From a virus, in IMG/VR virus record IMGVR_UViG_3300044815_000165, positions 25,134 through 89,133 of that record: DNA of 64,000 nucleotides, one strand, 5' to 3'. Below are positions 1-10,302 of the stretch, one piece after another. Each line of letters opens with the position of its first letter. Position 1 is the first letter of the stretch. The position numbers and the translations under genes were made by a program. The notes below the pieces were generated by a model. It worked only from the letters and a program-made list of their open reading frames with translations, had not been told where the DNA came from and did no database searches.

Positions 1-20
1 ACACCGCCGGCGGATGCACG

Positions 21-2459
21 ATGGCGGGACGCCCCGACAACGCCGCCGTCGCCACCATCCCGAACGGCACCGACATCACGAACCGCCTCAGCGCGGCGAT
101 CGCGCCGAGCACGCCGCCGACGACGCCGTACTTCAACGGTTCGATCCGCACGCTGCACGAGATGGTGCAGAACCTCGCGTACCAGATCGGCGAGGCCGCG
201 TGGAAGGGCAGCACCAACCTGATCGCGTACACCGGATCCTCGTCCGGCGTCGGCGCCGGGACGTTGACCGACGCGTCCAAGACGTTCGTCGTGAACGAGC
301 TGACCGGCGGCGTCTTGAAGGACTCCACGGGCGCGCTGTTCCCCATCAGCAGCAACACCGCGACCATCATCAGCGTCACGGGGAACCCGACGGCTGGCAC
401 GTACGTGGTCTACGCCGCCGTGGTGCTCAACAACTACGGCGCGTACAACGTGCCCGCCGGCGGCGTCGACGCGGCGTTTCGCGGTCTGCCCGGGTACGTG
501 ACGATCGGCAACGGCACGACCATCTTCGGCGACTTCGACACCACGAGCTACGCGAACGCGAACCTCCTGCTCACCGCTGCGATCGCGGCGCTGCCCGCCG
601 CGGGCGGAACGATCATCCTCAAGCGCGGCGTCCAGCTCGCAGGATTCAACGCCGCGTTGGTCGCCGTCGGGCACGCGCGCGTCGAGATCGTCGGCGACTA
701 CTACGAGCACGAGGACTACCCGCAGCTCACCTTCGTCGCCAGCGAGGCGCTCCACGTCACCTCGGGTCAGCTCTGCCTGCGTCGGATCCACGTCGAGTTC
801 GTCGGCAACGCCATCACCATCGACAGCGGCGCCAAGCTCGAGATCCGCGAGTGCAAGTTCGAGTGCACGGGCGCCACGTTCGTCGGGGCTGCGATCGAGG
901 GCGTCGACGTCAGCTACGTCGACATCGACGGGATGCTCCTGACCACCAACCTCGGGTCGCATTCCGCCAACGGGATGGCGCTCCGCATCACCGGCGTCGC
1001 GCGCAACATCCGCACGAACCGCGTGACGCACGAGTATCTGGGTGACGAGGCAGGTGTCATCGACATCGCGGACGGGCGCTCCGACATCGTCTTGCTCGAG
1101 ACGACCGCTCTCGAGTTGGGAACGCCGTTCTCGTCTCTCGTGCGCCCGGCTGCCGTCAAGGTCAGCACGACCGACAACACGACTGCTACCGAGATCCGCA
1201 ACCGCCACATCTCTGGGATCTACGTGACCGGCACGGCGATGGACGGCCTCAACTACGGCGACATGGGGCATCTCGACGTCGAGCGCATCATCACGACATC
1301 GGCGCGTCGCGGTGTGCTGACCACGACGGCTGCGCTCGGTCCCGTCGTCTTCAGGAACTGCGAGTTCGGCGCGCTCGTGGTCATTCACGGAGACATCGAC
1401 GACCTCACGTTCCAGTCGTGCACGTTCAAGAAGGGTCACACGATCGGCATCGACGGAGACGACATCGGTTCGCTGCGCTTCCTCGATTGCACGTACGACG
1501 GCGTCGCGCCGAACACGAGCGACGTCAAGGCGCACACGATCCGCATGCTGCGCGTGAACCGTTGCCAGATCCGCGACGTCTCGCTGGCCACGTCGAACGA
1601 CTTCGCCGTGATCCGCGTGATGGGTGACACCAACGCCAACTTCGACGTCCTCGACTTCTCCGACAACGACATCCGCAACATCCAGTCGACCATCGCCTTC
1701 ACGGGCGACCTGCTCACGCGTCCTCGCATCTTCGAGGTCGACGCGTACATCACCCACGACGTCATCTGCGAGCGCAACAAGGGTGCGCGGTGGATGGCAA
1801 ACACGTCGGGCAACTCGCGCTACGGCGTGACGCTCCTCAACATCGACAGCGTCGACCGCTTCACCGACTCAGTCGGCTTCGTCGAGCGCATCGTCGTGAA
1901 GGACAACGTCATCGGCGGACTCTTCGGATCCTCCATCGACTGCTGTCAGCTCCTCGAGCTGAATCGTCAGAACCCGGACGTCATCGACGTCTCCGACAAC
2001 CACATCGCTCCGCGGTGGAACGACAACGCGAACAACCCGCGGTTCTTCAACCTGGTCCACATCTCCAGCCCGGCCACCGTCGTCTCGCAGATCAGCATCA
2101 ATAACAACAAGGTCATGTTGCTCAACGCGTCGATCTCGCCGTTCACGAAGAACTTCGTCTCGATCGGCATCGCCGGCAGCCTCTACAGCATGACGTTCGC
2201 CGGCAACGAGGTCTCGCAGGTGGGCACCACGCAGCCTTTCGACTTTGCTACCGCGTGGGGTTTCGTGTGCTCCGCGCTTGGCGTCAACGGCATCGTGAAC
2301 CTCACCGTCAAGGACAACACGGCAAGCTGGCAGAGCACCTCGGCGACCGCGTGGTTCGAGACCAAGTTCACAGGTGCTGTCACGCGCTCTAATCCATCTG
2401 GAGGTGTTCCTGGTGCTGGCGTCGCGTGGGGACAGAACATCCAGATCTTCGGTGGGTGA
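21..2459 (+). CDS. Tailspike/tail fibre-like protein with right-handed beta-helix (probably 5'-truncated by the window)
   Basis: 812+ aa, T/G/N/V-rich. 'AAIAALPAAGGTIILKRG' is a typical beta-helix cap, followed by repeated 'xxDNxI' strands. Confidence 0.7.
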   Translation: MAGRPDNAAVATIPNGTDITNRLSAAIAPSTPPTTPYFNGSIRTLHEMVQNLAYQIGEAAWKGSTNLIAYTGSSSGVGAGTLTDASKTFVVNELTGGVLKDSTGALFPISSNTATIISVTGNPTAGTYVVYAAVVLNNYGAYNVPAGGVDAAFRGLPGYVTIGNGTTIFGDFDTTSYANANLLLTAAIAALPAAGGTIILKRGVQLAGFNAALVAVGHARVEIVGDYYEHEDYPQLTFVASEALHVTSGQLCLRRIHVEFVGNAITIDSGAKLEIRECKFECTGATFVGAAIEGVDVSYVDIDGMLLTTNLGSHSANGMALRITGVARNIRTNRVTHEYLGDEAGVIDIADGRSDIVLLETTALELGTPFSSLVRPAAVKVSTTDNTTATEIRNRHISGIYVTGTAMDGLNYGDMGHLDVERIITTSARRGVLTTTAALGPVVFRNCEFGALVVIHGDIDDLTFQSCTFKKGHTIGIDGDDIGSLRFLDCTYDGVAPNTSDVKAHTIRMLRVNRCQIRDVSLATSNDFAVIRVMGDTNANFDVLDFSDNDIRNIQSTIAFTGDLLTRPRIFEVDAYITHDVICERNKGARWMANTSGNSRYGVTLLNIDSVDRFTDSVGFVERIVVKDNVIGGLFGSSIDCCQLLELNRQNPDVIDVSDNHIAPRWNDNANNPRFFNLVHISSPATVVSQISINNNKVMLLNASISPFTKNFVSIGIAGSLYSMTFAGNEVSQVGTTQPFDFATAWGFVCSALGVNGIVNLTVKDNTASWQSTSATAWFETKFTGAVTRSNPSGGVPGAGVAWGQNIQIFGG

Positions 2460-2474
2460 TGTAATATCCCTCTC

Positions 2475-2756
2475 ATGCTGCAAGGAGAACCGAACACCAT
2501 GGAGGGGCCGGCAACCACATCGTGGGTGCGGCTCTATGTCACAAACCGACGCGGGGACAAATCGTTCGCTCGTCAGGTCGTCTTCACCTGTACAGACGCT
2601 GCCAACGACCTGTGGGTGAGCTTCGACGGTGGAACGACCAAGATGATCGTTCGGCACCTGGGTGAGAGCCTGGTGCTGCCGGGGCCGGTGAAAAGCTTCT
2701 CGGTGCGCGCCAGCGCCGCCACGGCTGCGTGGTCGGCAGCCCTCACGGTGGCCTGA
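2475..2756 (+). CDS. Small putative virion protein
   Basis: Beta-rich 93 aa ORF directly after the tailspike; may start at the second ATG, which follows GGAG. Confidence 0.5.
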   Translation: MLQGEPNTMEGPATTSWVRLYVTNRRGDKSFARQVVFTCTDAANDLWVSFDGGTTKMIVRHLGESLVLPGPVKSFSVRASAATAAWSAALTVA

Positions 2757-2994
2757 TCGAGGCTGGTGGAAAAGTCCACCCCACGGGAAGCCTTGCACTT
2801 ATCTTGCACCCGAGGATGATCAAGTTATGGAAGAAGAGATCAAGAAGCTCCGCGACCAGCTCGCAGCGTCCGAGAGACGTGAGGTGGAGCTGATGCGCGA
2901 GGCGCAGGGTCTCCGCGCTGCCATCGGTGTGTGCCGCTCGAACTGCACAGACTTCGGGACGCGCCGTAACGCGCTGACGGCCATCCGTTCACGC

Positions 2995-3750
2995 TCAGAT
3001 GTGGCGCGCGATCCACTCGATCAGAGCGATGACGCCAGCACCGCCTGCACCGCCACCAGCGACTAACGCCGTCGCGCGCGTCTGCTTCTGACGCTCGGAC
3101 GCCTCGAACGGCTTCAGGCGCTCCTCGAGTTCCTTCACGGCCTTGTCACGCGCCGCGTTCGACGCAGCCAGCGAGTTCGTAAGCTCCGAGACCTTGCTCG
3201 TCAGCTCGTCGATCTCTTCCTCGTGACGGCGGTCGCGATCGTCGCGGTGCTCGCCGTCCTTGCGGAACGCCACCGCCGTCGTCGCTGTCTCGCGATCGAT
3301 CGTGGCGACCATCTGCGCGAGGTGCGCGAGGTGCTTGTCGAGGTCGGCGAACCGCCGGTCGTGGTTCGTGATGTCCTTCGAGTTCGACTGGCTCGACTCG
3401 AACGCGGCGTGTGCCGTGCCGGTGATCGACTTCGCGTTCGGGAGGAGGAACGTCTCCACGATCGCCGCCGTGCGCGCGCTCTCGCGCGAGAGCGCGTTGA
3501 CGATGTCTTCGACATGGTCGAGACGGTCGGGCTCGTGGCGCAGCGCCCACACGCGCTCGCGGATGTCCTTGATGACGGTGACGACCGGCTGCGGCAGGTC
3601 GAGCGGCAGCTCGAGGGCCGGGATCGGCGTCTCGTCTCCGTCGACGTGCTGCGGGATGACATCGCGATCACGCTCGCGATCGCGCTTCGCGGCGGCGCCT
3701 TCGATGTCGCGCTCCGTCTGGGTCTGGTGACGTTTCTTAGGGCCGCTCAC
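2995..3750 (-). CDS. Coiled-coil protein with C-terminal membrane anchor (possible holin/lysis accessory)
   Basis: Heptad-rich body, C-terminal ALVAGGGAGGAGVIALIEWI; TAGAGT -10-like box just upstream (3757-3762). Confidence 0.55.
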   Translation of the reverse strand: MSGPKKRHQTQTERDIEGAAAKRDRERDRDVIPQHVDGDETPIPALELPLDLPQPVVTVIKDIRERVWALRHEPDRLDHVEDIVNALSRESARTAAIVETFLLPNAKSITGTAHAAFESSQSNSKDITNHDRRFADLDKHLAHLAQMVATIDRETATTAVAFRKDGEHRDDRDRRHEEEIDELTSKVSELTNSLAASNAARDKAVKELEERLKPFEASERQKQTRATALVAGGGAGGAGVIALIEWIARHI

Positions 3751-3886
3751 CCGGAGACTCTACAGCTAGTCCCTGACGTCAGGACAGATCGTAGATCCGA
3801 CGGTGCTCGACGAGGTAGAGCGCGGGCGCACGGAAGCCATGGGGTCGGGGGCCGAGGTGATGTACGATGCAGCTGGAGATCAACCC

Positions 3887-4420
3887 ATGGCAGCAACCGT
3901 CCTTATTCGCGAGTGGAACGGCACCACGGGTGTCCCCACGCAGACCGACAAGACATCGGGAACCATCCGCTACAAGCAGGCGAACGACTCGACGGTCGAC
4001 GCGATCAACCCGCTCGTCAAGCCGGCGGCGGGCTCGCAGCGCAGCTTCGAGAAGTGGATGCAGCTCAGGATCGGGGCGACGCCGCCGACGGGGTCGATCA
4101 CGAACCTGCAGTGGTACACCGACGGGTCGAACAACTACGGCACCGGCATCACCGCCTTCATCCGCACGACCAACATCGCGAGCGGCGCGTTCGTCACGCC
4201 GACGACGCCGGCGAACGACGCGGCGGGCACGAGCCAGTTCTCGTTCGCCACCGGGTCGCGCAAGAACATGGACGCGGTGACGGCCGGCGCGCCGTACTCC
4301 GCGGCCAACACGGACATCGGCGACTTCGGCATCCTGTGGATGACGATCGACAGCACCGTGTCGGCGCCGCAGAACCCGACGTCGTCGGAGACGCTGACCT
4401 GGTCCTACGACGAGACCTAG
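3887..4420 (+). CDS. Putative virion structural protein
   Basis: GGAG RBS then MAATVLIREWNG; T/G/S-rich, ends LTWSYDET. Confidence 0.65.
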   Translation: MAATVLIREWNGTTGVPTQTDKTSGTIRYKQANDSTVDAINPLVKPAAGSQRSFEKWMQLRIGATPPTGSITNLQWYTDGSNNYGTGITAFIRTTNIASGAFVTPTTPANDAAGTSQFSFATGSRKNMDAVTAGAPYSAANTDIGDFGILWMTIDSTVSAPQNPTSSETLTWSYDET

Positions 4421-4429
4421 GAGATCACG

Positions 4430-4882
4430 ATGACCAAACAACGAGAAAAGATGACCATCGCCATCGAGGATGTCGCCACCATCGACGCGCCTTCGATCGG
4501 AAACGCACGTCCCCGCACGCTGCACTTCGACGAGCTGAAGATCGGCATGCGCGTCGCGTTCGTCGACGACACGCTCAACAAGTTCCCGCGCTCGCACGTG
4601 CCGGTACCGCACGAGTCGAACGAGGCGATCGCAGGTCGCGTGCTGCTCGTCGTCGGGCTCGACGCGGTCACGCCGGGCAAGACGGTCGGCGTCTACTGCA
4701 AGGAACCCATCCCAGGCGGTCACAGCTGCGACGGGCGCGTGCCGGACGGTCATGGCTTGTACCTGCTGCCGGACCATCTCTACACGATCGCCGCTCTCAC
4801 CGAGCACCAGCGGATGGCCGAGCACGCCGTCGTCGAGCATCGCGCCATCGCCTCGATGATCGAAGAGTTCGACGCGGGATGA
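4430..4882 (+). CDS. Hypothetical protein
   Basis: AGGAG RBS, high GC3, coupled to the next gene. Confidence 0.6.
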   Translation: MTKQREKMTIAIEDVATIDAPSIGNARPRTLHFDELKIGMRVAFVDDTLNKFPRSHVPVPHESNEAIAGRVLLVVGLDAVTPGKTVGVYCKEPIPGGHSCDGRVPDGHGLYLLPDHLYTIAALTEHQRMAEHAVVEHRAIASMIEEFDAG

Positions 4883-5364
4883 CCGAGCTGACCCCATCGC
4901 AGCGGCAGAGCATGATCGCCGCCGGCGGGTGCGTGCACACGCCGAACCCGTTCGTCGGGTGTGACACGTGCGAGCGTCCGCCGATCACGGTGCCGACCGA
5001 GGGTGTCATCGCGTACAGCTTCGTCGCGCAGACCATCGACGGCACCGTGATCACGCGATCGGACTCGCCTTCTGTCGAGGACCTCCCGCTCGAGACGGTT
5101 CGCCAGCTCGTCATCCTCACCGACTCGCCGCGCATCCCGCGCGTGATCGTCTGCTGCGATCCCGACAAGGGCGAGCGCGTGTTTCGCTTTCGCCGCAACA
5201 TCCAGAAGATGTCGGCGATCGCGGATGACGGTCCGATGAAGGTGAAGTCGCGGCTGCAGGTCGAGGTGATCGAGATCCGCGACCTCGGCACCGGCAAGGC
5301 TACGCGCCTCTACCTGCACCCGACGCTCGGTCCGATCTTCTCGTCGCAAGACCACTACTGGTAG
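4879..5364 (+). CDS. Hypothetical protein (N-terminal CxH/CxxC)
   Basis: ATGA overlap at 4879; this is the C-terminal part of the listed 3223-5364 ORF. Confidence 0.6.
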   Translation: MTELTPSQRQSMIAAGGCVHTPNPFVGCDTCERPPITVPTEGVIAYSFVAQTIDGTVITRSDSPSVEDLPLETVRQLVILTDSPRIPRVIVCCDPDKGERVFRFRRNIQKMSAIADDGPMKVKSRLQVEVIEIRDLGTGKATRLYLHPTLGPIFSSQDHYW

Positions 5365-5370
5365 GAGACC

Positions 5371-6570
5371 ATGCAGCTCGAACACGTCCGCTCACCACAT
5401 GTGCAGGGCGTCGCGCCGCGGTCGGTGTACGGCGCTGGCGAAGACGCGCGAGCCATCGCCATCGCGCGCGAGGCTGCGAAGGGCAACATCCGGCCGCTGC
5501 CAGTGATCGCGGCGCGTCGCGTGATCGGCGTGGTCGGCGGACGCGAGGCATTCTCGGACGAGACCCAGTTCACGCCGCTCCGCCACGGTGCGCGCATGAG
5601 CGAGTTGCGCAGAACGATCGCTGACATGATCGACGTCCAGCGCGACGACTCCATCTGGCGCGCGCGGCAGCATCAGGAGCTGATGCCGGTCACCGACGCG
5701 AACCAGATCAGCGACTCGATGTCGAACGGCAAGAGCGGGGCGACCTTCTTCTCGAAGACGCCGTCCGCCGCGATGATCGCGAACAACTGGTACGATTACT
5801 GGCCGCTCGCGGGATCGCCGAACGCCGGCGGCATCGCCGGCACGGCGCGCACGGCACAGCGCTGGGACGACACGAGCACTGGGGCACTCAATCACCGTGG
5901 CAACGTGTCGACCGACACGAAGCACACGGCGAGCCTCATGATGATCAACCAGGCGAATACGCCGTTGACGATGCCGTACGACCGCGTCGGGTCGTGGGAC
6001 GCGTGCTCCTTCACGACGTCGAACCAGACGTTCACGAACACGCTCTCGCCGCAACGCTACAACGCCGGTGCACCTGGTTTGCTGCCTGTGATGGTGACGA
6101 ACACCGTCCTCAGCGCAACTGCCACGAACCTTATGCGCTTCGCGTACACCGACCAGGGCGGCACGACCGCGCAGCTCATGCCGACGGGCACGACCGTCTC
6201 CGCGATCGTGTCGGCGGCGGCACCGACGACCACGCTCGGGGCTCGCGTGATCGCGCCGAGCACGAGCGCGAACACGTTCCCGTGGATCTTCCACCTGCCG
6301 CTCGCGTCCGGCGACAGCGGCATGCGCGTGCCCGAGGACTACACGTGGTCCGCAGCCAACACGGGCACGTTCACGCTGATCGGCATGTACCCGTTCGGAT
6401 ACATCCTCAACCCGGTCGCGGCGATCCCGGCGGAGAAGGACTTCATCTACCAGATGCCAGCCCTCGAGCGCATGTACGACGGCGCGTGCGTCTCGTTCAT
6501 GGCCTTCGTGCCCGCAGCCACGGCGATCGCGATCGCGCAGGGGCGCCTCTCCTTCCTCTGGCATTCATGA
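5371..6570 (+). CDS. Putative virion protein, paralogue 1 of 4
   Basis: Shared motifs WYDYWPLAGSP, YDRVGSWDAC, PLASGDSGMR, YDGACV; AGGAG RBS. Confidence 0.75.
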   Translation: MQLEHVRSPHVQGVAPRSVYGAGEDARAIAIAREAAKGNIRPLPVIAARRVIGVVGGREAFSDETQFTPLRHGARMSELRRTIADMIDVQRDDSIWRARQHQELMPVTDANQISDSMSNGKSGATFFSKTPSAAMIANNWYDYWPLAGSPNAGGIAGTARTAQRWDDTSTGALNHRGNVSTDTKHTASLMMINQANTPLTMPYDRVGSWDACSFTTSNQTFTNTLSPQRYNAGAPGLLPVMVTNTVLSATATNLMRFAYTDQGGTTAQLMPTGTTVSAIVSAAAPTTTLGARVIAPSTSANTFPWIFHLPLASGDSGMRVPEDYTWSAANTGTFTLIGMYPFGYILNPVAAIPAEKDFIYQMPALERMYDGACVSFMAFVPAATAIAIAQGRLSFLWHS

Positions 6571-7673
6571 ACCTCGAAACGGCGCCAGCGATCCGCACGC
6601 GACGCAAGGCTCGTCAGAGCGAGCTGGACGAGGCGCGCGCGATCGAACGCGCGGCGTGGTTGTGGCGCGGTGTGCCGTTCCCGATCCCCGTGGTGTCGCA
6701 CGGCAAGTACCTCGGCGTGGTGTGCGGCGACCGCGTCACGGAGGAGCCGACGTTCGTCGACGCGCTCCACGCGATGCCGATCTCGAGCACGTACGACGGT
6801 CACGTCGAACGCAACTGGGGCCGCAAGCAGCACCGCTTCACCTGGTCGGTACGGTTCGGCAACGGCGTGCTCGGCAACTGGTACTCGCTGTGGCCGTGCC
6901 TCGGCGATCCGGGGCCTGGCTTGTACACAGGCACGGCACGCGCCGCGGTCTCGTACACGCGCGCGAGCCCTGGCGCGATGCGCCTCGGCAAGGCCGTCAC
7001 GCCGTCGCTGCGCTACGCGCGTCGCTGCACGGAGTTTCCGAGCGTCGACGCGGCGCACGGCTACGTCGTCGTCGATCGCGCCATCGCTTACAACGCATGC
7101 ACGATGAGCGCGTCGTTGCAGTCGACGAACAACACCGTCACCGCGACGCGCAACATCAGCGCGGGCGAGCGCGGCTATCAGATCTTCGGCGTCGCCGACA
7201 CCGTGCACAACGCGACCGCCGCATCCATGAGCGCGATGATCTACACCAACCAGGCAGGCACTGGATCGCGCAACGTCGACACGACCGTGACGCTCACCAA
7301 GATCGTGTCGCTCGCTGCACCGACCAACACGAACGGTGCGCGCAACCTCTTCCAGACACCCGGAGCCGCGACGCGTGGTCCTGCGACGCCGTGGATCTCG
7401 CTGCAGGCTGGTGATCGCGGCGTGCGGCAGATCGACAGCTACACGTTCTCCGCGGCGCCGACCGGAACGTGCTGCTTCGAGCTGGACTTCCCGATCTACT
7501 TGTCACCCGACGGCTACCGCGGCGGCGCGGCGACCGACTACGAGATGATCTCCGGGATCGAGGCGCTGTACGGCGCGCGCCTCTACGACGATGCTTGCCT
7601 CACCGTGATCGGGTTCGGCACGACGGCGACCGACAAGATCATTCACGGAGCCATCGCAGTAGGCTGGACCTGA
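6567..7673 (+). CDS. Putative virion protein, paralogue 2 of 4
   Basis: ATGA overlap; WYSLWPCLGDP, DRAIAYNAC, LQAGDRGVR, YDDACL. Confidence 0.75.
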   Translation: MNLETAPAIRTRRKARQSELDEARAIERAAWLWRGVPFPIPVVSHGKYLGVVCGDRVTEEPTFVDALHAMPISSTYDGHVERNWGRKQHRFTWSVRFGNGVLGNWYSLWPCLGDPGPGLYTGTARAAVSYTRASPGAMRLGKAVTPSLRYARRCTEFPSVDAAHGYVVVDRAIAYNACTMSASLQSTNNTVTATRNISAGERGYQIFGVADTVHNATAASMSAMIYTNQAGTGSRNVDTTVTLTKIVSLAAPTNTNGARNLFQTPGAATRGPATPWISLQAGDRGVRQIDSYTFSAAPTGTCCFELDFPIYLSPDGYRGGAATDYEMISGIEALYGARLYDDACLTVIGFGTTATDKIIHGAIAVGWT

Positions 7674-8788
7674 TGCTGGCGATCCACACCGAGAGCAAGA
7701 CGCGGTTCCACCCGTCGCTCGTTTCGCACGTGCTGCGTCGCGCGGCGCGAAACATCGTCGGGACGGAGAGCACCGTCGGCGTCTACGCGGACGAGCGCTG
7801 CGTGGGGCTCGTGCGCGGCGAGAGCGGCAGTCGTCGCGTGCGGGTCAAGCCGATCACCCACAAGCAGTGGTGCGGCTTCAACGACCAGGCGGCGATCGAG
7901 GCGGCGGTGCGCGCCGGCAAGATCATCGAGCCCGTCTTCAACAAGGTGGCCAACGCCTTCAACTCGGTGAACGTGTGGGGCGACCTCTGGCCCGTCGGCT
8001 TCTACCCGCAGCAGGGTACGTACGGCGGCACAGCTGCGACGGCGCGACAGCTGGACCAGACCACGCCGGGCGCTTTCGAGATCCGCCACAAGACGCCGGG
8101 GGCCGGCGAGACGCGCCATTTCATGGGCGCGCACCAGGTCTCTCTTCAGAGCGGCGCTTCGACGGCAATCGCGCAGGAGCAATGGCTCTACGACCGCACG
8201 CTCCAATACGACGGCTGCACGATCACCACGTCGACGACGACGATGACCAACACGATCACCGCCGCGCGCCACATCAGCGCGGGCGAGGACGGGTTGCAGA
8301 TCTGCGTCACCGGCGTCGCCGCGCTCGGCGCGACGGCGAGCAACCTGACGAGCGTCGTGATCGTCGACAACGCCGGCAACACGGCGGTGTCGCTCACGCC
8401 GGGCTACACGATGCCCTGGTGGACGAACGGTCTCGCCGGCGCATCCAACGCGCTCGCGCCCGTCGTCGTGCCACACGACAACGGCAACACGACCACGATC
8501 GCGCCGTGGCTGCCGATGCCTCCCGGCGTGCGCGGCTGCCGGTCGGTCACGAGCTTCGCGTCGTCGGCCAACAACACCGGAACCGTCGCGGTCACGCTCA
8601 TCAAGCCGATCGCCTTCATGTGGACGTCGGCCGGATCGATCGTCCACAACCACGACAGCTCGCGCCTCGGCTTCCAGATGGGACGCGTCTACGACAGCGC
8701 GTGCCTGAACCTCCTGTTGCGGAGCTTCTTCAACAACGGCGGTGCCACGTTCACCAACTTCGGACAGATCCGACTCGTCCACGGGTGA
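7673..8788 (+). CDS. Putative virion protein, paralogue 3 of 4
   Basis: TGATG overlap; WGDLWPVGFYP, YDRTLQYDGC, PPGVRGCR, YDSACL. Confidence 0.75.
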   Translation: MLAIHTESKTRFHPSLVSHVLRRAARNIVGTESTVGVYADERCVGLVRGESGSRRVRVKPITHKQWCGFNDQAAIEAAVRAGKIIEPVFNKVANAFNSVNVWGDLWPVGFYPQQGTYGGTAATARQLDQTTPGAFEIRHKTPGAGETRHFMGAHQVSLQSGASTAIAQEQWLYDRTLQYDGCTITTSTTTMTNTITAARHISAGEDGLQICVTGVAALGATASNLTSVVIVDNAGNTAVSLTPGYTMPWWTNGLAGASNALAPVVVPHDNGNTTTIAPWLPMPPGVRGCRSVTSFASSANNTGTVAVTLIKPIAFMWTSAGSIVHNHDSSRLGFQMGRVYDSACLNLLLRSFFNNGGATFTNFGQIRLVHG

Positions 8789-8801
8789 TACGGTGAGCGT
8801 C

Positions 8802-9128
8802 ATGAGCGTCGAGCAGCACGCGGCTTTCCTCTTCGAGAAGCATCCGAGACTTCTCCAGATCCAGATCGAGGAGACCGGCGAGACGCGCTTCTGGTTCGGG
8901 ATCGGGTTGTCGTCGCCGCTACTCGTCGTCGACGACTCCTCGTACATCAACGCGCCGGCCTCGATGTGGTTCACCGACGCGCTCGACACGCACGACGAGC
9001 GCATCGAAGCCTCTGGTCTCGTCGACATGCGCGACGCCGTCCTCGTGTTTCGTGACGAAGCCACTGCCGCAGGTGTGGTCCTGCCGCAAGTCTGGCACCG
9101 GACGATGGTCGAAGAACCTGCCGAATGA
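8802..9128 (+). CDS. Hypothetical protein
   Basis: Fills the gap between paralogues 3 and 4; start uncertain (8793 or 8802). Confidence 0.5.
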   Translation: MSVEQHAAFLFEKHPRLLQIQIEETGETRFWFGIGLSSPLLVVDDSSYINAPASMWFTDALDTHDERIEASGLVDMRDAVLVFRDEATAAGVVLPQVWHRTMVEEPAE

Positions 9129-9159
9129 CCCGGGCTTCGTGATCCTGTAAAACGTAGGG

Positions 9160-10302
9160 ATGCACCTGCAACAGGCGCCGTCGGTCCGAACTCGCTCCAA
9201 GACGCGCGAGTCCGACCACGACCGCGAGCGCGCCATCTGGCAGGCGCTGCAGGGTGCACGCTGCTCCGGCAACGACCGCCTCCTGCCCGTCTACTTCCGT
9301 GGACGCCGCATCGCTTGGGTCGCGAGCGATCTCGAGCGCTACGTCGTCCTCCGTCACGAGTCGTGGATGGACAAGCACGTCGACCGCGTCGGTCGCCTCT
9401 TCGGGTGGACGCGGATCGATCACATCATTCGCGACTCGACACAGTTCGGCCAGGCGTGCGTGCGGATGTGGTCGAAGAACATCTACAACTCCGGGCTGCT
9501 GACACCTCGGTGGCATCACCTCCACGGCGTCGCCGGCAACCCGGGCGCGAACACGTTCGCGGGCACAGCACTGCAGTCGAAACGTCACAGCGACGCACTC
9601 GACATGGGCATCGACCACGGCGGCAACGTCTCGCCAATGGTGAAGTTCCTGCTTGGCGGTGGTGCACGCATCGGTGCTACCGGCACGTTCGCCGAGACCG
9701 CGCTGTTCCTGCTCTACGATCTCGTCGTGAGCTACGACCAGTGCGGGTTCGTCGCGGGCTCGCAGTCGATGTCGACGACCGCCGGCGTGAACGACGCGCT
9801 CCGCTACGTCGGCACGAACGATCCTGGCCTCGTCATCATGCCGATGACGACCGCCGCGAACGGCAACATCGCGTACACGTCGCTCGCGTACACGAGCGAC
9901 ACTGGAACCGCGCCCGAGGGCGCCGCCGCGGTGACGACCTCGCTACAGACCGTCTTCACGTCGGCTGCACCGACCGCGGGGGACCAGTGGGTCAGCGCGA
10001 TCGAGTACAGCGGATCGCACTCGATGCTCAGCATCCCGCTCCGTGCTGGCGACACCGGCGTGAAGCAGATCGACAGCTTCACGATGGGTACCACCGTCGC
10101 CGGTCAGATCGCATTCCTCCTAGGCGGTCCGCTCGGCTGGTTCCCGGTACACGGTGGCGACTATTACCATCCGATGGACTTCGTGAAGATCACTACCGAG
10201 GAGCCCGTGATCCTCGATGGTGCGTGCCTCACGTGGGTCATGCACAGCGTGTCCCTCAACCAGGTGTTCAGCGGTCACCTCAACTTCGCGTGGGGCTCAT
10301 GA
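9160..10302 (+). CDS. Putative virion protein, paralogue 4 of 4
   Basis: WHHLHGVAGNP, YDLVVSYDQC, PLRAGDTGVK, LDGACL. Confidence 0.75.
   Translation: MHLQQAPSVRTRSKTRESDHDRERAIWQALQGARCSGNDRLLPVYFRGRRIAWVASDLERYVVLRHESWMDKHVDRVGRLFGWTRIDHIIRDSTQFGQACVRMWSKNIYNSGLLTPRWHHLHGVAGNPGANTFAGTALQSKRHSDALDMGIDHGGNVSPMVKFLLGGGARIGATGTFAETALFLLYDLVVSYDQCGFVAGSQSMSTTAGVNDALRYVGTNDPGLVIMPMTTAANGNIAYTSLAYTSDTGTAPEGAAAVTTSLQTVFTSAAPTAGDQWVSAIEYSGSHSMLSIPLRAGDTGVKQIDSFTMGTTVAGQIAFLLGGPLGWFPVHGGDYYHPMDFVKITTEEPVILDGACLTWVMHSVSLNQVFSGHLNFAWGS

Noticed and set aside
3223-4878. Long alternative-frame and antisense ORFs (for example the 5' part of 3223-5364, 20976-22538, 38327-40666, 42661-44220)
   Set aside because: Arg/Ala-rich shadow frames expected at high GC, overlapping genes that have clear motifs and better codon bias
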